NCBI RefSeq assembly: GCF_002075285.3
Contig: NZ_CP021983.2
Location: 1,740,001-1,772,000 of the forward strand
Direction: 5' to 3'
Length of the DNA: 32,000 nt
Source of the DNA: Halomicronema hongdechloris C2206
GTDB taxonomy: Bacteria > Cyanobacteriota > Cyanobacteriia > Phormidesmidales > Phormidesmidaceae
Positions 11,149 through 21,786 of the stretch are shown piece after piece; position 1 is the stretch's first letter; every line of letters starts with the position of its first letter. Position numbers and translations under genes: made by a program. The notes beneath the pieces are model-generated. The model did no database searches. It was not told where the DNA came from and saw only the letters and a list, made by a program, of their open reading frames with translations.

Positions 11149-11218
11149 ATGCCATTTTGCGGTGTTGCCGTTAAAGAATTGCAATGGATTTGCCTGTTTC
11201 TTTGAGGAGATTGCGACA

Positions 11219-11527
11219 ATGCCAATTGCTGTTGGAATGATTGAGACGAAGGGCTTTCCGGCCGTGGTAGAAGCTGCAGATGCCATGGTCAAAGCTGCTC
11301 GAGTCACGTTGGTCGGCTACGAAAAGATCGGTAGTGGCCGTGTCACTGTCATCGTGCGGGGCGACGTCTCCGAGGTGCAGGCCTCTGTTGCCGCTGGGAT
11401 CGAATCTGCTAAGCGAGTTAATGGAGGGGAAGTGCTATCCACCCATATCATTGCTCGTCCCCACGAGAACCTGGAGTTTGTCTTGCCGATTCGCTATACC
11501 GAAGCGGTCGAGCAATTTAGGACTTGA
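11219..11527 (+). CDS. ccmK2: Carboxysome shell protein CcmK2 (BMC-H)
   Basis: [54 protein letters not shown]..., 102 aa. GAGGAG lies 8 nt upstream of ATG 11219. First gene of the ccm operon. Confidence 0.95.
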   Translation: MPIAVGMIETKGFPAVVEAADAMVKAARVTLVGYEKIGSGRVTVIVRGDVSEVQASVAAGIESAKRVNGGEVLSTHIIARPHENLEFVLPIRYTEAVEQFRT

Positions 11528-11662
11528 CAACTGCTGGCACGATAGCCTGATGACAGGTTCTTTATCCTCGCCCCAATCGCAAGATTGGCTAGAGGATCGG
11601 CAGAGTTGTCTGAATCTGCATGCGAGTTCACATAGATTTCAAAACGCAAGGATAAGGAAACG

Positions 11663-12001
11663 ATGGCAATCGCAGTTGGTATGGTAGAAACCCTCGGTTT
11701 TCCGGCCGTGGTAGAAGCCGCAGACGCTATGGTGAAGGCGGCCCGGGTGACCCTAGTTGGCTACGAGAAAATTGGTAGTGGCCGTGTCACCGTCATTGTG
11801 CGGGGTGATGTGTCTGAGGTGCAGGCCTCGGTCGCAGCAGGCATTGAAAACGTCAAACGAGTAAACGGTGGGCAAGTGCTATCTACCCACATCATTGCTC
11901 GTCCCCACGAGAACCTGGAATTTGTCCTTCCCATTCGCTACACCGAAGCGGTTGAGCAATTTAGGGAAAGTGTTTCAGGTATTCGGCCCTACGGACGGTA
12001 A
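11663..12001 (+). CDS. ccmK1: Carboxysome shell protein CcmK1 (BMC-H with short C-terminal extension)
   Basis: 112 aa and about 93% identical to the upstream paralogue, plus an [11 protein letters not shown] tail. This matches the K2-K1 order and sizes of the Synechocystis ccmK2K1LMN operon. Confidence 0.95.
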   Translation: MAIAVGMVETLGFPAVVEAADAMVKAARVTLVGYEKIGSGRVTVIVRGDVSEVQASVAAGIENVKRVNGGQVLSTHIIARPHENLEFVLPIRYTEAVEQFRESVSGIRPYGR

Positions 12002-12009
12002 CGCCCCCT

Positions 12010-12312
12010 ATGCTGCTTGCTAAAGTTCGTGGCACGGTTGTCAGTACGTGCAAGGAGCCGACGCTTAGTGGGGTAAAGTTTCTGCTGGTGCAGCTCCTTA
12101 ACGAAGCTGGTGAACTCCTGCCGGAGTATGAAGTGGCTGCCGATGTGGTCGGGGCTGGCAATGGTGAGTGGGTACTCATCAGCCGCGGTAGTGGTGCTCG
12201 CCAACATGAAGGGTATTTCGAGCGCCCACTCGATGCCACGATCGTTGCAATCGTAGATACGGTCAGCCTCGACGGCGGCAACCTCTACAGCAAGCGGGAA
12301 GACTTTAGCTAG
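12010..12312 (+). CDS. ccmL: Carboxysome vertex (pentamer) protein CcmL
   Basis: 100 aa; MLLAKVRGTVVSTCKEPTLSGVKFLLVQ... is EutN/CcmL-like. Position is between ccmK1 and ccmM. Confidence 0.9.
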   Translation: MLLAKVRGTVVSTCKEPTLSGVKFLLVQLLNEAGELLPEYEVAADVVGAGNGEWVLISRGSGARQHEGYFERPLDATIVAIVDTVSLDGGNLYSKREDFS

Positions 12313-12400
12313 GGTCATGATCGTGTTGTGGTAGGACGTCGTCAGTAGATTGAAATGGGAGCCCATCCTTGGGCTAGATTTCGTTGGAGGCATGTTGTCC

Positions 12401-14461
12401 ATGGTTGTCCGCAGTACAGCGGCACCTTCGTTATCTCAGGAGCTAGCCGAACCTAATATCCACACTAGGGCTTACATTCATCCGTTCTCCCAGGTGATTG
12501 GCGATATTTGCATTGAAGCGGATGTCTATGTAGCACCGGGTACCTCCATTCGAGCCGATGAAGGTGCACCATTTTTTATTGGCGAAGCCACCACTATTCA
12601 GAATGGGGTGGTTATCCATGGCTTGAAGCAAGGTCGGGTACTTGGAGAAGACCAGGTGCCCTATTCGGTATGGATTGGGCCACGGTCCTGTATTACCCAT
12701 AAAGTGCTGATTCATGGCCCAGCTTATATCGGTGAGGAGTGCTTTATAGGATTTCGTTCAACTATTTTTAATGCCCGCCTGGGGCAGGGCTGTATCGTCA
12801 TGATGCATGCCCTAGTTCAGGATGTGGAAGTTCCGCCGGGAAAATTTGTGCCCTCGGGTGTGACTGTGACAACTCAAGATGAAGCGGATCGGTTGCCAGA
12901 TGTACGGGCTACCGATTTGGAGTTAGCTCAAGAAATTTCAGGGGACAATCATGGACTGCGTTCGAGGGATTTCCGGAGTGAACAGGCTTTCGCCAGCCAA
13001 CCGGTTCATAGTCATCATCATTACTCTTCTTCAAAACAGGTAGAGGGGCTTTCGTCTAAGGCCCAGCATTCTCGACATGCAACAAACGAACGCGATGGAT
13101 TGAGTACGATGCAATCTCAAAATTTGACTCCAGAGATCATTCAGCAAGTGCGACAGTACCTCCGTCAGGGCTATCGCATTGGCACTGAGCATGCTGATGT
13201 TCGCCGCTACCGCAGTAATGTCTGGAAGACCTGTGCTCCCATTCAATCCAGCCGCGAGTCAGAAGTATTGGCGGCCTTAGAAGGTTGTATGGCTGAGCAC
13301 AGCAATGAATACGTGCGCATGTTCGGCATCGATCCCCAGGCCAAGCGGCGGGTGGCACCGGTGACCATTCAACGGCCTGATGGCAAGCCAGTGCACCTGA
13401 ATGGCAAGGCAACGGCTGTTCCGGCTAAGGGAGTAGCTAACTCCCGTAGTGGCCAGGCCATGGCCCCAGGAAGGCTGCCGGCAGAGGTGGTTAGCCAGGT
13501 ACGACAGTATCTGAGCCAGGGCTATCACATTGGTACTGAGCATGCCGATGCTCGCCGCTACCGCAGTAATGTCTGGAAGACCTGTGCTCCCATTCAATCT
13601 AGCCGTGAGTCAGAAGTACTGGCGGCCTTAGAAGGTTGTATGGCTGAGCACAGCAATGAATACGTGCGCATGTTCGGCATCGATCCCCAGGCTAAGCGGC
13701 GGGTAGCGCCGATAACGATCCAACGGCCTGATGGTAAGCCAATTCATCTCAATGGCAAGGGGACTGCTGCTCCTGCCACCAGCTCGGCTACGACATCTAG
13801 TGGCTCATCTAGTGGCTCAGCGGCGACCCGGAGTGTACTACCGGCCGAGGTGGTGCAGCAAGTCAGGCGGCACCTGAGTCAGGGCTATCGCATCGGCACT
13901 GAGCATGCCGATGCCCGTCGCTATCGCAGCAATGTTTGGAGGACTTGTGCCCCGATTCAATCAAATCGTGAGTCTGAGGTGTTATCGGCCCTAGAGCAAT
14001 GTCTGGCGGACCACCAGGGTGAATATGTGCGGCTGTTTGGAATTGATCCCCAGGCTAATCGGCGGGTGGCACCGGTAACGATTCAGCGACCTGGGGATGA
14101 GCCGATGACCCCGTCCTCTTCTCCTGCGTCGGTAGCCCCTGCTGCAGCCTCTCCATCTGCGCCTGATCAAACCAGTAATAATGGGGCTAGGGCCTCGTCT
14201 TCCCTAGGGGATGAGCTGGTGCAGCAGGTTAACCAACTGATTAACCAGGGGTATCGCATCGGCTTAGAACATGCAGATGCCCGCCGCTACCGTAGTGGGG
14301 CTTGGCGCAGTAGTCCTCCCTTAGATGGACAACGTCCCAACGAAGTGCTGTCGGCGTTAACGAGTCGGCTGCAGGATTACAGTGGCGAATATGTCCGCTT
14401 GGTAGGGATTGATCCCCAAGCGAAGCGCCGTGTGTTAGAGACGACGATCCAGCGTCCGTAG
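12401..14461 (+). CDS. ccmM: Carboxysome assembly protein CcmM (gamma-carbonic-anhydrase-like domain plus four SSUL/RbcS-like modules)
   Basis: The N-domain ([26 protein letters not shown]...[64 protein letters not shown]) matches CcmM. I prefer ATG 12401, which has GGAGG 10 nt upstream, over the TTG at 12350. Confidence 0.95.
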   Translation: MVVRSTAAPSLSQELAEPNIHTRAYIHPFSQVIGDICIEADVYVAPGTSIRADEGAPFFIGEATTIQNGVVIHGLKQGRVLGEDQVPYSVWIGPRSCITHKVLIHGPAYIGEECFIGFRSTIFNARLGQGCIVMMHALVQDVEVPPGKFVPSGVTVTTQDEADRLPDVRATDLELAQEISGDNHGLRSRDFRSEQAFASQPVHSHHHYSSSKQVEGLSSKAQHSRHATNERDGLSTMQSQNLTPEIIQQVRQYLRQGYRIGTEHADVRRYRSNVWKTCAPIQSSRESEVLAALEGCMAEHSNEYVRMFGIDPQAKRRVAPVTIQRPDGKPVHLNGKATAVPAKGVANSRSGQAMAPGRLPAEVVSQVRQYLSQGYHIGTEHADARRYRSNVWKTCAPIQSSRESEVLAALEGCMAEHSNEYVRMFGIDPQAKRRVAPITIQRPDGKPIHLNGKGTAAPATSSATTSSGSSSGSAATRSVLPAEVVQQVRRHLSQGYRIGTEHADARRYRSNVWRTCAPIQSNRESEVLSALEQCLADHQGEYVRLFGIDPQANRRVAPVTIQRPGDEPMTPSSSPASVAPAAASPSAPDQTSNNGARASSSLGDELVQQVNQLINQGYRIGLEHADARRYRSGAWRSSPPLDGQRPNEVLSALTSRLQDYSGEYVRLVGIDPQAKRRVLETTIQRP
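13124..14458 (+). repeat. Four in-frame SSUL (Rubisco small-subunit-like) coding repeats of CcmM
   Basis: Modules start at about 13124, 13475, 13838 and 14204. Each reads ...QGY(R/H)IG(T/L)EHAD(A/V)RRYRS...EYVR(M/L)(F/V)GIDPQA(K/N)RRV...IQRP. Modules 1 and 2 are offset by exactly 351 nt. Confidence 0.9.
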
Positions 14462-14486
14462 CTCTTTTCGGTCATCCTCCTTCTCT

Positions 14487-15058
14487 ATGTCCGATTGGTT
14501 TCCCTCGCAGCTTAGTCACGGTTCCGAATACTATCTCCATGGCCCTGTGGAGGTTGAACCAGGGGCAATAATTGCGGCAGGGGTAGTGCTAGAGGCGGCT
14601 GCCAATGCCTCTCTGGTAATCCAGTCGGGGGTCTGCATCGGCAAAGGCGTGATTATTCAGGCTTGGCAGGGCACGCTAACTATAGAGGCTGATGCCAACT
14701 TGGGTAGTGATGTGGTGGTGGTTGGTCAGGGACAGATTGGTACTCGGGCCTGTATTGGTGCGGAAAGTACGATCATCAATCCTGCGATCGCATCGGAACA
14801 AGTTGTTCCAGCCAATTCCCTGCTGGGGGGATGGCAGCAATCAGCAGCCTGTGGCTACCGACCAGCCCTCCACCAACGGAGCCCGTCCCCCCTCTCCCAG
14901 CGTCTGCGTCTGCCGCGGCCCCATCTACCAATGGGGCTGCTGCCCCGGCGGGGGTGACCTCGCGGGTGTATGGGCGTGAGCAGGTGGAACAGCTCATGAA
15001 TACCCTATTTCCCTACCGTCAGCAATTAAAATCGTCCGCTTCTGAGGACAGCTCGTAG
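14487..15058 (+). CDS. ccmN: Carboxysome assembly protein CcmN, interrupted by an apparent -1 frameshift at a G6 run (possible pseudogene, sequencing error or recoding site)
   Basis: The frame of ATG 14487 encodes the hexapeptide-repeat N-domain and then degenerates, stopping at 14957. The frame of ATG 14831 encodes a Pro/Ala linker plus the encapsulation-peptide-like RVYGREQVEQLMNTLFPYRQQL and stops at 15058. The frames meet at GGGGGG 14825-14830. Confidence 0.75.
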
Positions 15059-15097
15059 AATTAAGGGGTGGACCTCGTCAACTTAGAGAGGCTAGCC

Positions 15098-15964
15098 ATG
15101 CAAACGGACCTCAATCCTGCCGCTCGCTCCCGTCTTCGCACCCAGGCGTCTCAGCGACGTTCTTTGCGGGGCGCGGCCTTGGGAATGGTCTCTACCGAAA
15201 GCTTTCCAGCCATCATTGGCACTGCCGATGCCATGTTGAAAGCGGCGGATGTCTTTCTGGTGGGCTATGAAAAAACAGGTAGTGGCCAGTGTACGGCCAT
15301 TGTGCGAGGGGGAGTGGCTAATGTGCGCATGGCGGTTGAGGCCGGTATCGAAACGGCCCAGCAGTTCAGTCAGTATGTCAGCTCCAGCGTGATTCCCAGG
15401 CCTCAGTCTAATCTGGAGGCGGTGCTACCCATCTGTGCTCGACTGGATGAATTACAGCAGGTGGGCCGAGGCCGTCTGACGAATCAAGCCATTGGCCTGC
15501 TAGAAACTCGGGGCTTCCCGGCCATGGTAGGAGCGGCCGATGCCATGACCAAATCGGCGGAGATCACCCTGGTGGCCCATGAGACCATTGGCTCTGGCCT
15601 CTGCACTATCATCATTCGCGGGTCCCTGCCCAATGTGGCCATCGCCATTGATGCCGGCATGCATGAGGCCGAACGAATTGGTGAGCTACATGCCGTTATG
15701 GTGATTCCTCGTCCCCTAGACGACCTGGAGCAGGTCTTGCCCAAGGTGAAGCAGATGGTCCACGATACGCCACTACGGCTGCCGCTCAACCTGGAGGAAA
15801 AGGCCAAGGAACTGGTGGCCTTAGAAAAATCCCAGGTCGAGGTTACCCAAGCCCAAAGACCGTTGCCAGAAACCGAGCAGCGCCCCCTAAATTTGCGGCC
15901 GGAGACAGGGCCAGAACGACAGCCTCAGCCCCTAGATCTACCAGATCCAGAGGACCATTTCTGA
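15098..15964 (+). CDS. ccmO: Carboxysome shell protein CcmO (tandem BMC domains)
   Basis: Two BMC domains (GMVSTESFPAIIGTADAMLKAADVFLVGYEKTGSG... and GLLETRGFPAMVGAADAMTKSAEITLVAHETIGSG...) plus a Pro/Glu-rich tail. ATG at 15098; an alternative GTG lies at 15068. Confidence 0.9.
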   Translation: MQTDLNPAARSRLRTQASQRRSLRGAALGMVSTESFPAIIGTADAMLKAADVFLVGYEKTGSGQCTAIVRGGVANVRMAVEAGIETAQQFSQYVSSSVIPRPQSNLEAVLPICARLDELQQVGRGRLTNQAIGLLETRGFPAMVGAADAMTKSAEITLVAHETIGSGLCTIIIRGSLPNVAIAIDAGMHEAERIGELHAVMVIPRPLDDLEQVLPKVKQMVHDTPLRLPLNLEEKAKELVALEKSQVEVTQAQRPLPETEQRPLNLRPETGPERQPQPLDLPDPEDHF

Positions 15965-16917
15965 GCCTGAGTCGCGTCCATGAATCTAGCTACCCGACTC
16001 CAGGCCTGATCTAGCAGATCGGTGGCCTCTGCATCGAACCAAGTGATAGGGGCCCGACGGCGGAACCAGGTGCGCTGGCGCTTAGCAAATTGGCCGGTGT
16101 GTTGGATAATCAGCTGTTTGGCCTGAGCTAGGGAGCAGTCTCCGGCCAGATACCGGCGAATTTCGTCATATCCCAGGGTTCTGAGTAGGGGTAAGTCGGG
16201 ACCGTACCGGTCGATCAGGGCCTTTACTTCAGCTACTAAACCCATCGCGATCATGGTGTCGGTGCGATGAGCAATGCGTTGCGCCAAGCTCTGGCGATCG
16301 CAATCGAGGCCCAGATAGAGCACGGGATAGGGGGGAGGGACTTCCCCTTGCAGGGTGGAGATGGGTTGGCCAGTGACATAGTAGACTTCTAGGGCCCGTT
16401 GGGTGCGGACGGCATCGTTGGGATGAATGCGCTGGGCAACGGTGGGATCGACGACCTGTAGCAACTGATAGCTATGGGGTTGCCCCAACTGGGTGAAGTG
16501 CGATCGCAACCTTGGCTGGGGAGCGACGGGGGGAATTTTCAAGCCTTTGACTATTGCCTCCAGGTATAACCCCGTGCCGCCCACCAGCAACGGCACGGTG
16601 CCCTGCCTGTGGCTGTCTGCAATGATGGCCTGGGCAGTCTGCTGGTAGGTGGCCAGGGTAAGAGTATCCGTAGGCTCACGGATATCAATCAGGTAGTGAG
16701 GCACCCTGGCTTGCTCCTGTGGAGTCGGTTTGGCGGTGCCGATGTCGAAGCCACGATACACTTGCCGGGAGTCGGCACTGAGGATGACCCCCTGCAGGCG
16801 TTCTGCTAAGGCGATGGCCAAGCCCGTTTTTCCGGTCGCCGTGGCTCCCCCGATTGCGATTAGAATTGGAACATATGAACTTACTCTGGAACGAGCATGA
16901 ATTTTTGGATGATCCAT
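15925..16917 (-). CDS. miaA: tRNA dimethylallyltransferase
   Basis: P-loop GATATGKTGLAIALAERL, followed by SADSRQVYRGFDIGTAKPT and HYLID motifs. 330 aa. Confidence 0.9.
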   Translation of the reverse strand: MDHPKIHARSRVSSYVPILIAIGGATATGKTGLAIALAERLQGVILSADSRQVYRGFDIGTAKPTPQEQARVPHYLIDIREPTDTLTLATYQQTAQAIIADSHRQGTVPLLVGGTGLYLEAIVKGLKIPPVAPQPRLRSHFTQLGQPHSYQLLQVVDPTVAQRIHPNDAVRTQRALEVYYVTGQPISTLQGEVPPPYPVLYLGLDCDRQSLAQRIAHRTDTMIAMGLVAEVKALIDRYGPDLPLLRTLGYDEIRRYLAGDCSLAQAKQLIIQHTGQFAKRQRTWFRRRAPITWFDAEATDLLDQAWSRVARFMDATQAQKWSSGSGRSRG

Positions 16918-17010
16918 CCCACTGTTAGACTTAAGCTGAGAGCCCTTTAGAATGCTGTCAGACCCGTTTGTGTTAGAATCTTGTTGTGTTTTTTCGTGAT
17001 GTTTGGTTAA

Positions 17011-19011
<2,001 letters not shown>

Positions 19012-19426
19012 GCTATATCTAAGGCCCAGGCCCGACGTTTGGCCAGGAGAACGCCGCAGCTGACCTTGGCTAGAGCCAATCCTGTTGCTAACGGCCGCGT
19101 CAAGGGGGTATAGACGGCCTCGTTCTGGGCCGTCTGGGATTCTCCGGATCGAAGCATGGGATAACGTCGGGTTCCTCTATTAAGGAAGATGTAAAAAAAT
19201 GTCGAATTCCAGACCTAGAAAAATTCTATTTTCAGCCTGAAATGGCCAACTGATAGGGGGTCTCTGGTTTGTGTGGGCGAGAAGCTCTGTAAGAATTTGT
19301 AATGCAAAGGCTGATCAAATCGTTTTAGGTTAACAATCGTGGCATTGCTTACAAGGGGAAGGCTACGCGTTTTTCCGACCCATTTGGGTATTGCAAAAGG
19401 TCTAGATTTTTAGCGAGACGTTTAAT

Positions 19427-20143
19427 ATGAGCAGTAATCTGGCGACTAAACTCCGCGAGGGTACGAAAAAAGCCCACACCATGGCTGAAAACATGGGGTT
19501 TGTACGTTGCTTCCTGAAGGGGGTAGTTGAAAAGAACTCCTACCGCAAGCTCGTCGCCAATTTTTACTTTGCCTACACGGCAATGGAAGAGGAGCTAGAG
19601 CGTCATCGGGAGCACCCAGTTGTTTCAAAAGTTTACTTTCCTGAGCTGCATCGGAAAGTAGCCTTGGAAGCGGATTTGGCTTATTACTTTGGGGCTAATT
19701 GGCGGGAGCAAGTGGCCCCAACTGCGGCAGGACAAGCCTATGTCGACCGGATTCGGGACGTTGCCAATACCCAGCCTGAGTTGCTGGTAGGCCATTCCTA
19801 TACCCGTTATTTAGGCGATTTGTCCGGGGGACAGATCCTCAAGGGGATTGCTCAGCGGGCGATGAATCTGTCTGAAGGTGAGGGAACAGCCTTCTACGAG
19901 TTCGACACTATTACCGATGAGAAAGCATTTAAGGCTCAGTATCGTCAGGCTTTAGATGAGGCTCCGGTGGATGAGGCCATGGCCGAGCGGATTGTGGAAG
20001 AAGCCAATTATGCCTTTAAGCTCAACATGGAGATGTTCCAAGAACTAGAGGGGAATCTGATCAAGGCGATTGGCCAGATGCTCTTCAATAGTCTGACTAA
20101 TCGTCGCCGCCGCGGCAGCACAGAGTTGGCCACGGCGGAATAG
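19427..20143 (+). CDS. ho1: Heme oxygenase 1
   Basis: MSSNLATKLREGTKKAHTMAENMGFVRCFLKGVV...YTRYLGDLSGGQIL is the canonical cyanobacterial HO-1. 238 aa. Confidence 0.93.
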   Translation: MSSNLATKLREGTKKAHTMAENMGFVRCFLKGVVEKNSYRKLVANFYFAYTAMEEELERHREHPVVSKVYFPELHRKVALEADLAYYFGANWREQVAPTAAGQAYVDRIRDVANTQPELLVGHSYTRYLGDLSGGQILKGIAQRAMNLSEGEGTAFYEFDTITDEKAFKAQYRQALDEAPVDEAMAERIVEEANYAFKLNMEMFQELEGNLIKAIGQMLFNSLTNRRRRGSTELATAE

Positions 20144-20179
20144 GGAGCCCTCTATCAATAAGTAGGACAATGTAGGACG

Positions 20180-20209
20180 CCCTGGGGAATTCCTCAGGGT
20201 GTTGTTTTT
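20180..20209 (+). terminator. Probable intrinsic terminator of ho1
   Basis: CCCTG (20180-20184) pairs with CAGGG (20195-20199) around GGGAATTCCT. It is followed by TGTTGTTTTT. No T tract follows on the opposite strand. Confidence 0.55.
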
Positions 20210-20292
20210 GCTGAGCAGAGCTCTCGCGTGGGCCAATCAGCTGAGCACGTCACTGAACCAGAGAGGCACTGGACTCTGAGTCATCCCACTAA

Positions 20293-21627
20293 TCATCCCA
20301 CTAATAAGTCTTCTTCTGGGTAGTGAATGACGCTGGGGCTAGAATCTCCCAAAATCGTAGCCATGAAGAGTAAGACTCCCACCCGACCCACATACATAGT
20401 GGCAATGATCGCCAGTTGGGCCCAGATGGTCAGGTCCGCGGTGATGCCAGCGGATAGGCCAACGGTGGCGAAGGCCGAGACCGACTCAAATAGGATGGCA
20501 ATGAAGTTGAACTCGGGGTCGGTGATAGAGATGAGGGTGGTGGTACCAATCACGGTGAGGCCAGAACCCATCACCACTCCAATGGCTTTGAGGACTCGGG
20601 AGCTAGGAATTTGGCGCTGAAAGCAGAGGACCTCTTCCTTGCCCTGCAGGACGGTACGGGTGCAGGCAAGCAGGATGCGCAGGGTAGTGGTTTTAATGCC
20701 GCCGCCAGTACTACCTGGGCTGGCCCCGACAAACATCAGGGCAATGATGATGAAGAGGGAAGTGTTTTCCATCTGGCCAATATCGATGCTATTGAAACCG
20801 GCAGTACGGGTGGTGACAGACTGAAACCAGGCCATTATCAGTTTGTCGGGGAGGTTGGCCAGTCCTAGGGTGGCCGGGTTGTTGAACTCGGTGGAGAGGA
20901 GCGCTATGGTTCCCAGTCCTAACAGGATGATGGTGGTGCTGGTGACAATTTTGAAGTGCAGGGAAAAGATGCGCAGGCTTCGCCGTCTTTGGATGCGATC
21001 GCGGAGCCATAGCATCGCTTCCATAATCACCTGATAGCCGATGCCCCCCAGAATAATCAAGGCGCTGATGACTAGAGTCATCCAAGGAGATTGGGCATAG
21101 CCGATAAGACTATCTGCGAACAGACTGAAGCCGGCATTATTGAAGGCGCTGATGCTATGAAATACAGCCAGCCAGAGGCTGTGAGCGGCATCGAAGTCGG
21201 GGGAAAACAGGGGCATCAACAAGAAGACTCCGGTGAGCTCCAAGATCAGAGTCATCAGAATGATGGAGAGCACCAGCCGCCGACCCCCAGCTAGTTCTGA
21301 TTGATCCATGGACTGTTGCAGCGCGAGGCGATCGCGCAACCCTAATTTGCGCCCTAACAGCAGTAGCAAAAAGGTGGTGGCAGTCATATACCCTAACCCT
21401 CCCACCTGAATCAGCAACAAAATGATGGCCTGGCCGCTGGGGGAAAAGTAACTGCCGGTGTCGACGATAATCAGGCCAGTGACACAGACGGCGGAGGTGG
21501 CGGTAAACAGGGCGATCAGGGGAGAATTCCACTGACCATCGGCGGTGGCGATGGGCAAGAGTAGCAGGAGGGTACCTGCCGTAATCAGAGCCAGAAAGCC
21601 AAGACAGATGGTACGGGAGACGGTCAT
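20293..21627 (-). CDS. ktrB: TrkH/KtrB-family potassium transporter membrane subunit
   Basis: 444-aa polytopic protein with repeated pore-loop motifs (VCVTGL, FNNAGFS, RTAGFNS, GGIKTTT and ATVGLS). Confidence 0.8.
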   Translation of the reverse strand: MTVSRTICLGFLALITAGTLLLLLPIATADGQWNSPLIALFTATSAVCVTGLIIVDTGSYFSPSGQAIILLLIQVGGLGYMTATTFLLLLLGRKLGLRDRLALQQSMDQSELAGGRRLVLSIILMTLILELTGVFLLMPLFSPDFDAAHSLWLAVFHSISAFNNAGFSLFADSLIGYAQSPWMTLVISALIILGGIGYQVIMEAMLWLRDRIQRRRSLRIFSLHFKIVTSTTIILLGLGTIALLSTEFNNPATLGLANLPDKLIMAWFQSVTTRTAGFNSIDIGQMENTSLFIIIALMFVGASPGSTGGGIKTTTLRILLACTRTVLQGKEEVLCFQRQIPSSRVLKAIGVVMGSGLTVIGTTTLISITDPEFNFIAILFESVSAFATVGLSAGITADLTIWAQLAIIATMYVGRVGVLLFMATILGDSSPSVIHYPEEDLLVG

Positions 21628-21786
21628 GGGTAGATATCTAAAAATGGGGGCTGGCTGGGATCTTCAGAGGCCATGACCCCTTATCTTTCCATGAGTTGCC
21701 GATCCCGACTACTATGCTTCTGGCGGCTGTCCTGAGAACCGGGCCGGTCGTCCTAATAATGTTCTATCTGGCTGGCCTCTACCCCA

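Noticed and set aside
13031-13597. Repeated antisense ORFs (13031-13246, 13137-13412 and 13277-13597) that look like a small gene family
   Set aside because: They mirror the 351-nt SSUL coding repeats of ccmM on the opposite strand, so the repetition is inherited from ccmM. No start or SD support.
13124-14458. Regular 351-nt periodic repeats that could be mistaken for a minisatellite or CRISPR-like array
   Set aside because: They are in frame within ccmM and encode the conserved SSUL modules. The spacers are Pro/Ser/Ala linkers, not unique spacers.
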